Origin: Octopus vulgaris | Taxonomy: Eukaryota | Direction: 5' to 3' | Assembly: GCA_951406725.2 (NCBI GenBank) | Contig: OX597830.1 | Span: 43,586,001-43,650,000 of the forward strand | DNA length: 64,000 nucleotides | In this document: positions 25,350-39,660 of the stretch, piece by piece | Numbering within the stretch: position 1 is the first letter of the stretch | How the letters are laid out: every line of letters starts with the position of its first letter | The notes under the pieces: model-generated | What the model was told of the DNA's origin: nothing | The model's database searches: none | The model's input: only the letters and a program-made list of their open reading frames with translations | Program-made: the position numbers and the translations under genes

Positions 25350-25790
25350 AGAAACCTGAACATGCTAAAAGATTCAGATCTGGAATTAAGCAGTGTGGTG
25401 GAATTTTGGGATCTAAAAAGAATATGCAATCTTTCTGCTACACATAAGTTGCATTTTTTAGATCCATTAACCTATGGCTTAGATTTCTCCATGATCCTCC
25501 ATTTCATTGTATATGGTATGGAGTTGGTTTTCAAACCACATACGTGGCTGACCAATTTAGAGGCATTACATTTGTTGATGCACCGGAAAGAAGATGATAC
25601 GTGGTTTACATAACATTTTTTAAAATCCTTTTTGCACAACCCAATGTAATCATCCTTTTGAATTAGGTTATCTTGAAACATTGCTGCTACTTCTGTCACA
25701 TTTACGATGGAGTTTATCATACACACTTAGTCAAGTGGGCAAGCTTTAGGGTTTCAACAGTTACAATTGGAAGTGGTCTCTTGGTGATGT
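25350..25790 (-). mobile_element. Decayed Penelope/Naiad GIY-YIG fragment
   Basis: NCNC*NPKACPLD*VC, YIGLC..FK..Y.NH, SKLVSHV..LK..MKWRI, CNLC, LLNSRSE, in the same order as in the intact element at 51660-52100. Confidence 0.8.
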
Positions 25791-25895
25791 TTACCTGTGA
25801 TAATGTTCTTCATACAGCTAGGACAGCAGCTGTATGATAAATTAATCAAGAGATGAGGGGGAGAGGGAAAGTGAAATGATTCATCTGAAACCTAC

Positions 25896-26040
25896 CAGGT
25901 CCTTTTATACGATGCACAGATTGCTGTGGAGGAGGCGGTGGAGGTGGTGGGGATATGGTTTCAATTGTTGCCACATTTCCAAAAGCAGCGATGGTGATAG
26001 TTGTATACCATCCTTTAAGAATGAGACCATTGGTTGGCAC
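25896..26040 (-). CDS. VIRMA: VIRMA coding exon (end of VIR_N plus poly-Pro)
   Basis: 145 nt; VPTNGLILKGWYTTITIAAFG...SPPPPPPPPQ, matching the VIRMA motif TDGLVLRGWY and the following poly-Pro run. Confidence 0.93.
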
Positions 26041-27191
26041 CTGGAAAAGAAGCATTCAAACATAAGATTACATGGTAAAATTTAACCCTGGCAACCAACA
26101 GATACTCAAAAGAAAGCAGTTTTATACTTTGATTATTTCAGAAATTCATAAACAAAGAGTAGAAATTAATGGCATAAATTAGTTCATCATTGTTACTACC
26201 ACCATCATTGTCATCATTTGAAATTTCACATTTCCATGCCTGGATGGGTCAGACAGTTTATCAAGGCTGATTTTTCAACAGCTGGATGCTTTTCCTGTCA
26301 CCAACCCATACCTTGTTTCCAAGCAAGATAATATTTCCCCCATGGCCAGACATGATTTTGTAGAATATTGGAAATGAATGACAGTCATTTACAACAATCA
26401 CATGATGTCAAGACAAGGAGATACAAACACACATACACACATGTCGGGTTTCTTTCGGTTTCAATCAACCACATCTACTCACAAGGATTTGGTCGGACCA
26501 ATGATACAGTAAAAGTCATTTGTCCAAGGTACTATGCAGTGAGACTGAACCCAAAAGTCAGTGGCTGGGAAGTATACTTCTAACCACACAGCCATGCTTG
26601 AGCCGTTAGAGCAAAATGTCAGCACTTGTGATTTTGAGTACAACAATTTAATAATTAGGTCAAGCATCTCACATTATTATATTATTTATTTAGCTTCACA
26701 GAGGTAATGACCAAGACCATGGCATTATGTTCTGCTTGAGAAGAAGACCCATTAAGCCAAGTAAAATCCCGGTCATGGCAGATACAAGTGTCACGCAAAT
26801 GGCACTCGTGCCAGTGGCATGTATAAGTATCCATTACGTGCCATAAAATGGTTGGCGTTAGGAAGGGCATCCAGCCATAGAAAACATGCCAAATCAGACT
26901 GGAGTCTGGTGCAGTCTTCCAGCTTGCCAGCCCTGGTCAAACTGTCCAACCATGCCAGCATGGACAACGGACACTAATTTCTTTTATTCATTTATTTGTT
27001 TCAGCAATTTGACTGTGGCTATACTGGAGCACCGCCTTTAGTTGAGCAAATCAACCCTAGGAATTATTCTTCGTAAGTGTAGTACTTATTCTATCAGCCT
27101 CTTTTGCCAAATTGCTATGTTACTGGGATGTAAACACACCAGCATCGGTTGTCAAACAATGTTAGGGGGACAAACACACAAACAAACAAAC

Positions 27192-27609
<418 letters not shown>

Positions 27610-27625
<16 letters not shown>

Positions 27626-28025
27626 GTTTAACATCCATTTTCCGCGCTAGCATGAGTTGGACGGTTCGACCGGGGTCTGGGAAGCCAGGGGCTGCACCAG
27701 GCTCCAGTCTCATCTGGCAGAGTTTCTACAGCTGGATGCCCTTCCTAACGCCAACCACTCCGCGAGTGTAGTGGGTGCTTTTTACGTGCCACCTGCACAG
27801 GTGCCAGGGGGGTCCGGCATCGGCCACGATCGGTTGGAGCTTTTAACGTGCCACCGGCACGGAAGCCAGCCAAGGCGTCGCTGGCAACGGCCACGTTCGG
27901 ATGGTGCTTTTTATGTGCTACCGGAGCCAGTCGAGGCAGCGCTGGCATCGGCCACGTTCGGATGGTGCTTTTTATGTGCCACCGGCACAGAAGCCAGTCA
28001 GGGCGGCGCTGGCATCGGCCACATT

Positions 28026-28030
<5 letters not shown>
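27610..28030 (-). mobile_element. Truncated 3' tail of the RTE-type LINE (representative of roughly 25 dispersed copies)
   Basis: Same sequence as 57440-57612 (CACCCACTACACTC..GGAAGGGCATCCAGCTGTAGAAAC..CATGC.AGCATGGAAA..(GAT)n). Other copies near 2800, 15940, 22140, 23130, 26850, 45890, 49060, 58950, 59780, 63540. Confidence 0.85.
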
Positions 28031-28084
<54 letters not shown>

Positions 28085-28811
28085 GATGGGCTTCTTTCAG
28101 TTTCCGTCAACCAAATCACCTCACAAGGCTTTGCTTGGTCAAAGGCTATAGTAGAAGACATTTGCCCAAGGAGTCATGCAGTGGAACTGAACCTGGAACC
28201 ATGTGGTTGGGAAGAAAGCTACTTACCACACAGCCACTCCTGCAATGATGATGATTATTAAATAAATAACATTATAACTAATATTTATGAAAGCAGTCAG
28301 TGTACCAAACCGAATAAAAGGATTTTAATTCAAAACAGGACAAGACTAAAAACTGTGTTTCATCTAGGGCATCCCATAGGACAGCCCTAAAGCTGTAAGG
28401 AAACAGATTATGATTTGAAAGTGGGAAAAAAAAATGTCATTGAACAGCAGCTGACCATTACACGATAAAGATTGTTTTTCTGTCTGTTTCCAAAGTTTGC
28501 ATGCAATCATTTAAGTGTTTACCGAAAGCATATCAGTTGCAAGATAAATTGGTACATCTGATTTAATTGACAGAAACTATAAATACAGTTTTGTTGTAAA
28601 CAGTTAAGATAAAGAAATAACAGTTGCTGATGAGATCATAATGATGACCGAAATTACAGCGTCCACAGTGTGATTAAATAAACAAACAAGCATTTATGGA
28701 TGTTCAGTGCATTAAATTAATTTTAATTAGTTCAAACATGCAGTGCCAGGTTTATTGCATAGAATATATCATAACAAGCAATAAAAGAAAACATAAAGAA
28801 AAGCAACTCAC

Positions 28812-28860
28812 CAACTCTTCAGCAAGGAACATGACGTCTTTATTATCTTTGTATTCCAAC
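28812..28860 (-). CDS. VIRMA: VIRMA coding exon (VIR_N)
   Basis: 49 nt, AG/GTGAG; (M)LEYKDNKDVMFLAEEL; phases join both neighbouring exons. Confidence 0.88.
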
Positions 28861-31800
28861 CTAATCCAAGAATAAACAAAAAACAATTTTAACATGGTAC
28901 ATTACTAAAGTGATTGTGAACATGGTTAAGAAGTTTGTGTCCCTACACATCATTAGTGGGGTTCAATTTCACTGGGCAGGTGATTTCTATAGTCTCAGAT
29001 CTACCCAAAGCCTTGTCAGCGGATTTGGTAGATTGAAACTAAGAGGAGCTAATCGTAAAAATGTGTGTGTATGTGAATGTATGCGCATATGCATGTATGA
29101 GAAAGAGTATGTGTGTGTGTGTGTGGGCATGCACATGTGCGTGTCTATGTTTGTTTACATTTGCACGCTTCCAAAAATCACTGACCCACAAGCAATGACA
29201 CTGCTGTCCTTTCTCCTGTCAACAAACCATCTGCTGGCTTTGCACCTTCAAAAACATGTGAAATAAAGGATCCTTCACATGGAAAATATAAAAAAGGTTA
29301 ATGACAAGAACGCTTCAATATGTTCATCTAACTCAGGCTAGCATGAAATAAAGGACACAAAAACAAACAAAAAAAAGGACAAATTCACCAACATATTCCT
29401 TAACTATAAAAGCCTTAATAAACCAATGAAAGAGCCACTTCACAGGGGAGAAGCGGAAACTTTTTAGTATGAGATACGACTCATCATCAACATTTTCATG
29501 TCCACTTTTCCATGCTCGCATGAGTCAAACAGGGTTAACTGAAATAGATTTCCTATGGCAGATATCCATCCTGTCATTCACTCTCATCAATTTCCAAGCA
29601 AGGTAATATTTCCTGATGGTCAAACATGTTTACACAGAATATTGGAAATGAGTGACACTGCTTGTAAGACAGTGATTCTCATTTACAATTTTCAAGGAGA
29701 CACAAAAAAAAAAACATGCACATAAGTTCTTTTCGGTTTCAGTCAACCAAATCCATCAATAGCATCAAGATTTTGACGATGACCTTAGAACAACATTGTA
29801 AAATCAGTAGGAGAGGCCAGATCTGGCTGGTTTAAACATAAAACAGGTAGAATACTTGGCCCAAATATGGTTGGTCTTACTACTTTGCTTTTAAAACTGA
29901 AAAGCTTTTTTAATTTTATTTTTAAATATTTTAAAGATTTTAGTTTCAAATTTAAACAGAACTAAAATTTTACCAGTAGGCAAGAGGTTGCTGACACTTG
30001 CTCTATGAAATTAACTGACATGGTAGAAATAGTAGCCAAGTCTCCTTCATCTCACAATTAATGGCGTTAAGAAAGAGAAATACATTGAATAGTGCCCTGC
30101 TTCTCCAAAAACAATACAATATGGCATAGTTGTGTGGGAAGAAGTTTGCTTCCCAAACACATGGTTCCAGGTTCAGTCCCACTGCATGGTACCTTGGACA
30201 AGTGTCTTCTACTATAGCTATAGGTCAACCAAAACTTTGTGAGTGGATATGGTAGACAAAAACTGAAAGAAGCCCATCATGTGTGTGGTGGTGGGGGGTA
30301 TCTTTGTGTCTGTTAGTCCCCACCATCAGCAGACAATCATTGTTGGTATGTTTATGTCCCTGTAACTTAGTGGTTCAGCAAAAGAAACCGATAGAATAAG
30401 TAGCTTCAAAATAAAAAAGTGTTGGGGTTGATTCATTTGACTAAAAGTTCTTCCAGGTGGTGCTCCAGCATGGCCACAATAAGTAAAAGAGAAAGATAAA
30501 CTATAAAAGATGGTCAGATCTGGATTGCTTTTGCTAAAAGGTTTGATCAATGAGGCCAGTCTGGGGTGAAAGAGCAACATAGTCTTTCAAGGAAGTTTTA
30601 GTTCAAAACCTTAATATTTAGTAAGGGTTTCAATGATTTATTTATAACACAGCCCCTTGTTTAAGTGAATGGAGAAAAAAGGAAAAAGAAAAACAAGTAG
30701 CAGAGATTCTTATACAGGTACAACATAGATTTTCAACACACTCTAAATTAAGCAAATCTTAAATTTCATTTAAATAATTAAATGAAATACATGTCCTTGG
30801 GCATTAAAAGGAAGTTGTTTGGTGACCCTGTTAGTGCTGGTGTCACATAAAAAGCACAGGTGATGGTGTCATGTAAAAATCACTGATGATAGTACCAGGT
30901 AAAAAGCACTGGTGATAGTGCCATGTAAGAAGCACTGGTGATGGTGCCACATAAGCTGTGCCAGTGCCATGTAAAAAGCACTGGTGATGGTGTCACATAA
31001 AAAGCATCAAGTGCACTCTGTAAAGTGGTTGGCATTTGGAAGGGCATCTAGCTGTAGAAACCATGCCAAAACAGACAATAGAGTTTGGTGGAGTCATTTG
31101 AGTTACAATCCAACCCATGCCAGCATGGAAAGCAAACATATGATGATGATGATACAAATTTATTAATGCTGTACTGTGTAAGGTACTAGTAAACTAGTCT
31201 GGCAACAAGAGGAATTATTGCAGATTGTAAGGGGCCCTGAACCATCAGTATGTAGAACATAAATGTTGTACCTATGTAAACAATAGTTATTTATTTGAAC
31301 AACGCTCACATACAAGACTTTGTGTTTTCTTCACTTGCATTTTCAGTCAGAATGTTTAAGCAAGGCATGTGAAAAACCAGTAATGTTGTGCATTACTGGT
31401 TTTTAACATTTTAAACCTGCAGTGACAAAAGGTAACAACTGACTCCAACAGGATTTGAATTTTAAAACTCTAGGGTGTCTCAATACAGTCAGTAAAAAAG
31501 AGAAAGAAAGAAACAAACAAACAAAGACAGACATTAAACATTAACTGAACAGACAATTTTTTAATATGATAAATAAGTTTCTAGGTTTGCTTCCAAAGTA
31601 TGCATAACAATTATTTAGCCGCATACTGAGAGCATATACATTGTTGAATAAATATGGAATGAATCAAGTTTATATTCCAAAGGTAATAAAACTTCAATAA
31701 ACATGAATATTTGTTTGCAGAACTTCAAAGGGTTATGTCACTCTGTCCTCACAGTGTAACACATGCCACGTTACGTCTGGGAACATTGGTTTGTGTATAT

Positions 31801-33370
31801 TTAAACATCAAAAGAGTCACATTTTTGCTTTTTTAGTGTGAATTTGTAATTAAAATTGCTTAGCTACAAATTTTAGTGACTGGCTATTGCATAAAAAGCA
31901 TTGGTGCTGGTGCCATGTAAAAAGCACCCAACTGTAAGAGACCATGCCAAGACAGACAGTAGAGCTTGCAAAAGTCTTCTGGCTTGCCAGCTCCTGTCAA
32001 ACTGTCCAACTTATGCCAGCATGGAAAACGATGTATGATGATGATATGTAGACAGGTAATTGTTCACAATACACACATACCCAGAAATATATTATATCTG
32101 TTTTTCCACTTTGAAAGTAATCTCCAGACCACAACTCACTCATATGTTTCACTGTAGCATGGTTTCTACAGGTGGATGCCCTTCTTAACACCAACCACTT
32201 CAAAGTGTGCTGGGTGTATTTTATCATGATACCTCGACCACTGGAGTTGAGTTACAATCCTCAACAAGACAAGATTAAAGAGTTATACCACCAACCCTAT
32301 GCTATCTCCAGTCATTCACTAACCTGTTTACAGAGTATGTTGGATGCATTTTATTATAGCACCAGAACTAGAAAGGTTGTCGTATCCTTGACAAGACAAG
32401 ACTAAGATCCGCTCAACCCAGTGATATCTTAGCTCATTCAATAACCCTTGTACATTTTATCATCGTGCAAAGATGCCTGAAATGTGAAGTGGCAGCAACA
32501 TATCACAAATGTATGCCTTTATGGAGACCTGCTGAAAGTTAGCAAGAAGATCAAACAAAGACATTTGTGAATATCTGGTCACTGCATGCACCACCCTGGA
32601 CTGGAAGCATCCAAATTAGTCTTCTGGAACCCATTTCATGGTGATGTAAGAAGAGGAAAATGTTGACACACATCAACAACTTAATTGCAGACACTGGCCA
32701 AGAATGTATCCAGGACCTCGAGATAATGATGTTGGCCAGAGAAGTGTGGTGGGTGGACTTTGTTGCTGTGGCCTGGGTTGGAACCTGGCCATAATAAAGG
32801 ATGAGTGAAATTGCCTTGCACTCAGAATGATAGGAAGGACTCCTTCCTGCATCTACTTTGTCTCCATTGTTTTAGGATAATGATGAGCAAGAGTGAGTAG
32901 AAGGGAGACACGACTGCAGACAATGAAGTAGACTGAGCAGAAGAAAGGAAAGAGAGTATCACAAGAAGAATGGCTGGGCTGATGGTGTATAAAAGGAAGG
33001 TGAAATATAAGAGACATCGATAGTGTTACTGAGATTTGAAACTAAATCTCTGGCTACCTGGTCAGACATCATGACCAAACCCCAATAGTTTCACATAAGC
33101 CAGTCAATGTCAAGCAATTGCAGGATTCAATCTTCTAGAATCTTCTGTCTGAACCCTATATAAAGCTGCTTTTTGGTGCCTTAACTCTTTGCAGAGCATT
33201 GAGACCAGCCAACTCCGCCAGACATCTCACTTCTTGCCAAGCAGAATGTTGGAAGGCTGTGGAGCAAAATGCAGCTCCAATCCTGCCAAACATTTGTGCA
33301 GACATCTCCAGATTCTTGGACAGACCAAACTAAACAATCACACAATATCTCATAAGTAACTTCTTTAAAT

Positions 33371-34453
33371 GGTGTACGGTCAATTCGTTGACGGCAATTT
33401 GTCCCCAGACAATTCATCGTTGGTAAATTAGTCCCCAGGTCAGCTAGTCAAGATCACAAGGAAAATGGACAAACAAATATCTGAATTAAAAAACGTTTAT
33501 TTTAAGGTTTGCTGTATTACATATTTATTTTTTTCTTAAAATTTAAGACTGTGTGCAATTACAGCAGCACCTAAATGTTCCATCTGTTGCCCAGTTCTTG
33601 TGCTGTTTTAACTGCTGAAGTGCTTCGTCACTTGCAAATATTAGTATTCATTTTGAATCTTCCATCCTGCTGTCATACTGTAAAAATGTTTCATCGTTGT
33701 CAAGGTAGGAGTATTCACCCAATGGAAAACCCAACATTTGTAAAAGGGGTGGCAGGATAGTTGGAATCAGCTTGCCTCCAACGTCTAATATTCTTATGAA
33801 GCTGTGCAAACAGAGCTATTTGCAACAATGTACAGTCATTTAAATTCTGAACTTCACTAGCGATAATTGAGTGAGGGGCATCACGAGATGAAACAGACTT
33901 TACTTTAATATTTGAAACTATTATCCTTGCATTTACCTCTGCAGCAGTTGAAGCATGATTATGGATCCAAGTCTTCTTAAGCTCTTTATAATTTTCATCT
34001 GTTTGAAGTCTCGCCTTGCACACACAATTTTCGCACCTCCAATATATCTTCAATCCATCTGCATTCTGCTTACTTTTTGTGTATATATAATTTTCTTGAT
34101 CAACCACTTTGATTTTTTTCCTTTCTCTGAAGTTATGATCTTGCAGGTAGTCATGTGGGCGTATTCAATAAATTTAATTTGATTTGCTTGAAAATCTTTG
34201 TTCGTAAACTGTTCAGTACAGATACTTGAGAGAGAGTGGGGGGGAGGGAGTTAAAGAAGGGAAAAAGATTACCTAAAACTGTCCAACAACAATTTCAATT
34301 CTAAAGTCACTGTTCTAAACTTCACCTCGAAAATTACATTTAAGATAATTTTGGGACAAATTGGCCAGTGGTGAACTGACCTGGGGATGACTTGATCAAC
34401 GACGAATTGACCAGGGACAAATTAACCAACAATGAAAGAATTGTCCTAACACC
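33371..34453 (-). mobile_element. Mutator-like (FLYWCH) element, internally deleted
   Basis: ORF 33715..34107 with YIY..IYWRC..CKARL..HNH; repetitive inverted termini GGTGT../..ACACC; 8-bp TSD-like CTTTAAAT / CTTCAAAT. Confidence 0.75.
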
Positions 34454-36094
34454 CTTCAAATGTAGTTCAGTTTTCCCATCTCCCCAAGTCTGTAATTATT
34501 GCTGTCATTATTCGCAAGAGACCAACACAGTTTAAATTCTAAGTGCAACAATAAAATCTTCTGTTAATTGCTCATGAGTGATGTCAGTCACTTCTTTGGG
34601 CAGCGTGAGAAACACACTCACTAAGTCAACAGCTACCATAAACAACACTGGATGAAACACCCAATGCACTCAGAAAAATAATGAGGAGATGCAGTAACAG
34701 GGAGACAGCAATGATAATTATACAGACATACAAATACACCAACACATACATACGAGGGAGTGTTGAAAAGTTTGTGGCTGTGGGTAAAAAAAAATAGAGG
34801 AGGATCAGTTAATTATGATTTTATTCAACATATTCCCCTCTCTGATTCACTCACATACTGCAATAGTCCTTCAGTTTTTCTAAGCCTTGTAAAAGAACTC
34901 AGAAGGTTGGGCCTCCAAACAGGCTTTTCACAGCACACCCTCATACATAAGTGCATATACAAATATATACAAATGTACAAGTATGTTCACTTCCCAACCA
35001 TGGTTCAATTCCATTGTGCAGTACCTTAGGCAAGTTTCTTCTCTTATAGCCCTTTTCATGTAGTCAATATTTTTCAGTTCATCAGGACTTCATTTATTGG
35101 CCTGAAGGTTTGAATGGGAATAACAACACAATAATAAGGGAGTTTCGGCCTTGTGAAAATGAACCATTATAGAAGGGATGTACCACAGGATTATCTATGA
35201 CCTGGTTATGAAGCTGAGGTGTTGTTTATATCTCAAAATGTACCACAGTTCATACAAATTCTGACAGGAATATTTTGGATGAACAATACTCTCTCTCTCT
35301 CTCTCTCTCCCCCTTAGTTGAGGATGGGGTCTTGTCCTGCAAATTGCTATGTAACCTCACTGGAGCTGGTGCCACATATAAATCATCCAGTCCACATTGT
35401 AAAGTGGCTGGCATTAGAAAGGACATCCAGCTGCAGAAGCCATGCCATCACCAACACTGCAGTTTGGTGATGCAGTCTTTTGGCTTTTTGCTGGTTCCTA
35501 TCAAACTTGTCCAACATGAACGATGAGTAAGATGATGACTGAAACAAGTAGTGGAGAGCAATATCACCCTCTAAAAACCTCTGGAGATGGTGCCTAACCG
35601 CAAGCCAATGAAGGAAACCAGTAAAAGAATATAGAAGAGCAAGGAATTTGTAAATACTTTTCCGCTATATTAGACAGGCTTGTTAGTTAATGACAGAAAT
35701 ATGTTTAGGCATTCAAGAGTTTGCAGCTTCTTTTGTGTTCTAACTTTCAGTTTACTAGGTTTGGTTGCTCAGTTAATCAAGTCCTTCCATCAGTTGTGAT
35801 ACAGAAAATGGTAAACCAAGAGTGAAGGTGCATGGCTCAGTGGTTATTTGGCTCACACATATAAGATTAGGAGTTTAAGCCCCTTGAGCAAGGCATTTTA
35901 TTTCACATTGATCCACTCCACTCAGATGGCAAAAATGTGTTGTACCTGTATTTCAAAGGTTCAACTATGACACACTCTGTGTCATGCTGAATCTCCCTAA
36001 GAACTATGTTAAGGTAATTGTCAGGGCCATAAGCCTAAACTTTAACAGGTAAGGGTGCTTAAAAAATAGCCTGATGGTTCATATTGCTTGAGTA

Positions 36095-37339
36095 TACAGA
36101 GTGCATAAAGTATTTGAGGACATACCTTTTTGGGGTCATTGCTGCATTTTTTGCTAACTCTGTATAATCTTTGTTTCAGAAAATAATAATGACAGACCCT
36201 CAGCTTGCTCAAAAAATGAAAAGGCATGCTGTTGTTGTGGTTATAAAGGCTGAGCATAGCAATTTAGAAATATCTCAACTTTTAAAAGTTGCCAGATTCT
36301 TCGTCTACAAAGTTTGCAAGGAGCTAGAAACTGAAGATGGAAATGTATCACCAGTATCAAAGCATAAAAAGCATTCCAAATGCTCTGAAATCATCAGAAC
36401 ACTTGAATTTATCCAACAAGTTCAACAGACCATTGATTACAATCCCAGAAAGTCCATGAGGTCAATTGTAAAAGATCTCCATATTTCAGGAGGAACAGTC
36501 AGAAATATTGTCCACGAAGACACCTTATATGATGAAGAAAGGTCAATTTGTCAGAAAAAGCAAAAGAAAATCACAACATCTAAAGGGCTCATAAACCAAC
36601 TGAAAAATCCAACAGAAGAAGATTTGATTTGGTTTTTCTTAGACAAGAAAAACCTTGACCAAGATCAAAAAGTTAACAGAAGAAATAACAGATGGTTATG
36701 TGTAGACTCTTCTGAAGTTCCAAGTGTTATGCATACCAACTTTTATGCAACTGTCAAGGTTTTAGGGGTTATCAACAATGAATAACATGTGATGCCTCCT
36801 TACTTCTTGCCACAAGGCCTTAGAGTTAACTCTGCCGCCTACATTTAGGTCTTAGAAATAATTAAACCCTGGATAGACAGTGTATGCAATGGAAGGCCAT
36901 ATGTGTTTCAGTAAGACTCATCACTATCATACATGACTCTAGTAACACAGGAATGGATGGCTGAAAATTTTCATGATCACATAACTCCTAACATTTGGCC
37001 TCCTAATTCCCCAGATCTCAATCCATTAGACTATTACATGTGGAGCATTGTTGAGAGAGAGGTCAACGAACACACCTATAACACCAAAGATTCTTTGAAA
37101 GCTGCCATGGTCAGAGTAATGTCCAAAATGAATCAGGACCACTTGATTTGAGCATGTAGATGATTTAGATCTCATATAGAAGCAGATGTTGAAGCTGAAA
37201 GTGGCTTTATTGAATAACATTACAGAAAAGAAGTTTTATTTTTATCCTCATAGCATTTTTTGATAGATAAAGTTATTATCTGTTATCATGTGTTTTTTAT
37301 AAACATAAATCTATCCTCAAATATCTTACACACCTTGTA
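36095..37339 (+). mobile_element. Tc1/mariner DD37D (maT-like) transposon, full length, decayed
   Basis: TA-flanked ~25-bp TIRs (CAGAGTGCATAAAGTATTTGAGGA / TCCTCAAATATCTTACACACCTTG); ORF pieces 36171..36785 and 36933..37151 with WPPNSPDLNPLDY; 37 residues between the last two Asp. Confidence 0.88.
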
Positions 37340-37456
37340 TGTGCTTTCCATCAATGAGATGGTCAGTCTAGGGCTATAATAGAAGCCACTTGCCCAAGGT
37401 CCCACACACAATGGGACTGAACCCAAGACTGCTTGGTTGAGAAGCAAGCTTCTTAA

Positions 37457-37591
37457 CCACAGAGCCATACCTGTGCCTCTCAACAGAGCCATACCTGTGC
37501 CTACGCACACAGCTATACCTGTGCCTACCCACGCAGCTATACCTGTGCCTAAACACACAGCTATGCCTGTGCCTATCCACACAGCCATACC
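37457..37591. repeat. 24-bp tandem repeat of a SINE 5' end, ~5.5 copies
   Basis: Unit CACACAGCTATACCTGTGCCTANN continuing directly from a minus-strand SINE head. Confidence 0.85.
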
Positions 37592-39660
37592 CAACAAGTT
37601 AGTCTAATTACAAATAGAACAATCAGAATTGCAGTCTGTGATGCTATTGTAATAAATTGAGAAGTCTGAGATTGAACTGAAGTTTTTGTGTACCAACTCC
37701 ACAGCACTACTTTTAAGATATTTTGTCATTTAGCCCCAGCTCAAGCAAACCAATGATCAAAGATATTCTAGCCATAACAATCCCATCTTTGTACAGATAT
37801 GTCCAGAACTACACTATCCAATGTGTCCTACTTATTTTTAAATGGCTGCTATCTCTAGCAGTTCAAGTGACCATACAATAACTCCCTCTTTGCCTCCTTC
37901 AACACAGGAGACATGTTGCTGAAGTGACACTGCTCCACAAAATGCACAGAAGCTACAGGCTATCAAAACTGAAAGGAATGCTTCTGCTACAGTATAAAAG
38001 TCACCATTCCCAAAGGCCAACGTATTTCTGCCTGTGTATAACTTATCAATACCAAGATGCACAGTTTTTGGACAGAAGATTTCTATACTCATCTATCAGA
38101 ACTTGGAATCTAATTATAATTCCTGAAAGTTTTGAAGTTGAATGCTTTCTGCACTCCATTCTTAAACTTCAGTGGTGTTTCAATGGCTTAAATAAAGGTA
38201 AGATAAAACTAATTTTATTGTATTTATTGTCAAAAATTGTGTAAATAGTCAACTGGAAATGCACTCCCATTATCAATAGGATTGAAGGAGTATAAAAGAA
38301 ACTAGAAAAGGTGAAGTCTACTTAACAATTTTTAATATCATAAGTATTTGAAAAGAAAATTTGGTTAACTTAACCAGGATTTTAAAATATCCATTTAACC
38401 TATTATGTTGTTGATTTTATATTTAGTAATAAATAAATTGTGTTTTGACATGAAAGAAGAACTAAAACTGAACATAATATATTACATGATGATGTGATGG
38501 TAATAAGTGGGGTGTGGAATTTACATACTTTGAATGAGAATGAAAAATGAGGATGTTAATAGGCTGGTGGTTGGCAATTGGTGCGAATTAGAGCAGAAAT
38601 ATAACAAAAGAAACTCAAAATCAAGGTAATTAGAAATGATCGGAAAGAATTACACAACTTAAGAAAAGTGGATGAATATCCTGTATAAACATCCTAACTT
38701 TTGTATTCAAAACAAAATTAAATAAATTATAATAAAAAGGTAATATAAAACTAGTTTAATTGTATTTAGTGTCAAAAATCGTGTTAATTGTCAACTGAAA
38801 ATGCACTGCTATTATCATTTATATTACACAATAAAATATATCTAGTCAAATAAAAAAATTATTATCTACTTGCTGTTTATTAACCTTTTGAAATGATCCT
38901 CCCCACTCAAAAGAATAAATAAACAAACAGTATTTCCAGAACTTAATTAGTTTTGTGTTTGATGGTCAAGGGCTTAAGTAATGAGAAGCACACATAATGT
39001 AGATTCAGAAGTGGTTGCTTCACAACCAAATGGTTCCTGGTTCAGTCCCACTGTGTGGCACCTTGGGCAAGTGTCTTCTACTACAGCCTCAATCAACCAA
39101 AGCCTTGCAAGAGAACTTGGGAGACAGAAACAGAAAGAAGCCCATTGTATTTGTGTGTGTGTGTATGTGACCACTGCTTGACAACCAGTGTTGGTGTGTT
39201 TATTTCCCCATAACTTAGCAGTTCATCAAAAGAGACCAACAGAATAAGTACCAGGCTTAAACAAAAATCTACTGGGGATCAAATTGATTTGACTAAAATT
39301 CTTCAAGGCAGTGCCCCAGCATGGTCGCAGTCTAATGACTGAGACAAGTAAGAGATACGAGACAAAAGGACACCCGATGGAGGTGTAACCAGATCAGGGG
39401 TACATTGCCTAACATGCTAGGTACATAGTGGCTACCCAAACTAAAACAATGAATAGTAATTCGTCTTCATTTCCCACCCTCTCTCTCCACCTGCGGAAGA
39501 TGGCACACTTACATGAGACAATTGTCTCCATTATATGAATCAATGTTAATGGCTAGTGTACCTCATGCTTGTTTCATCAGCCACACTCTTCCATGCTGGC
39601 TTAACCCTTTCGTTACCAACCCGGCTGAAACCGGCTCTGGCTCTGAGTACAAATATCTTA

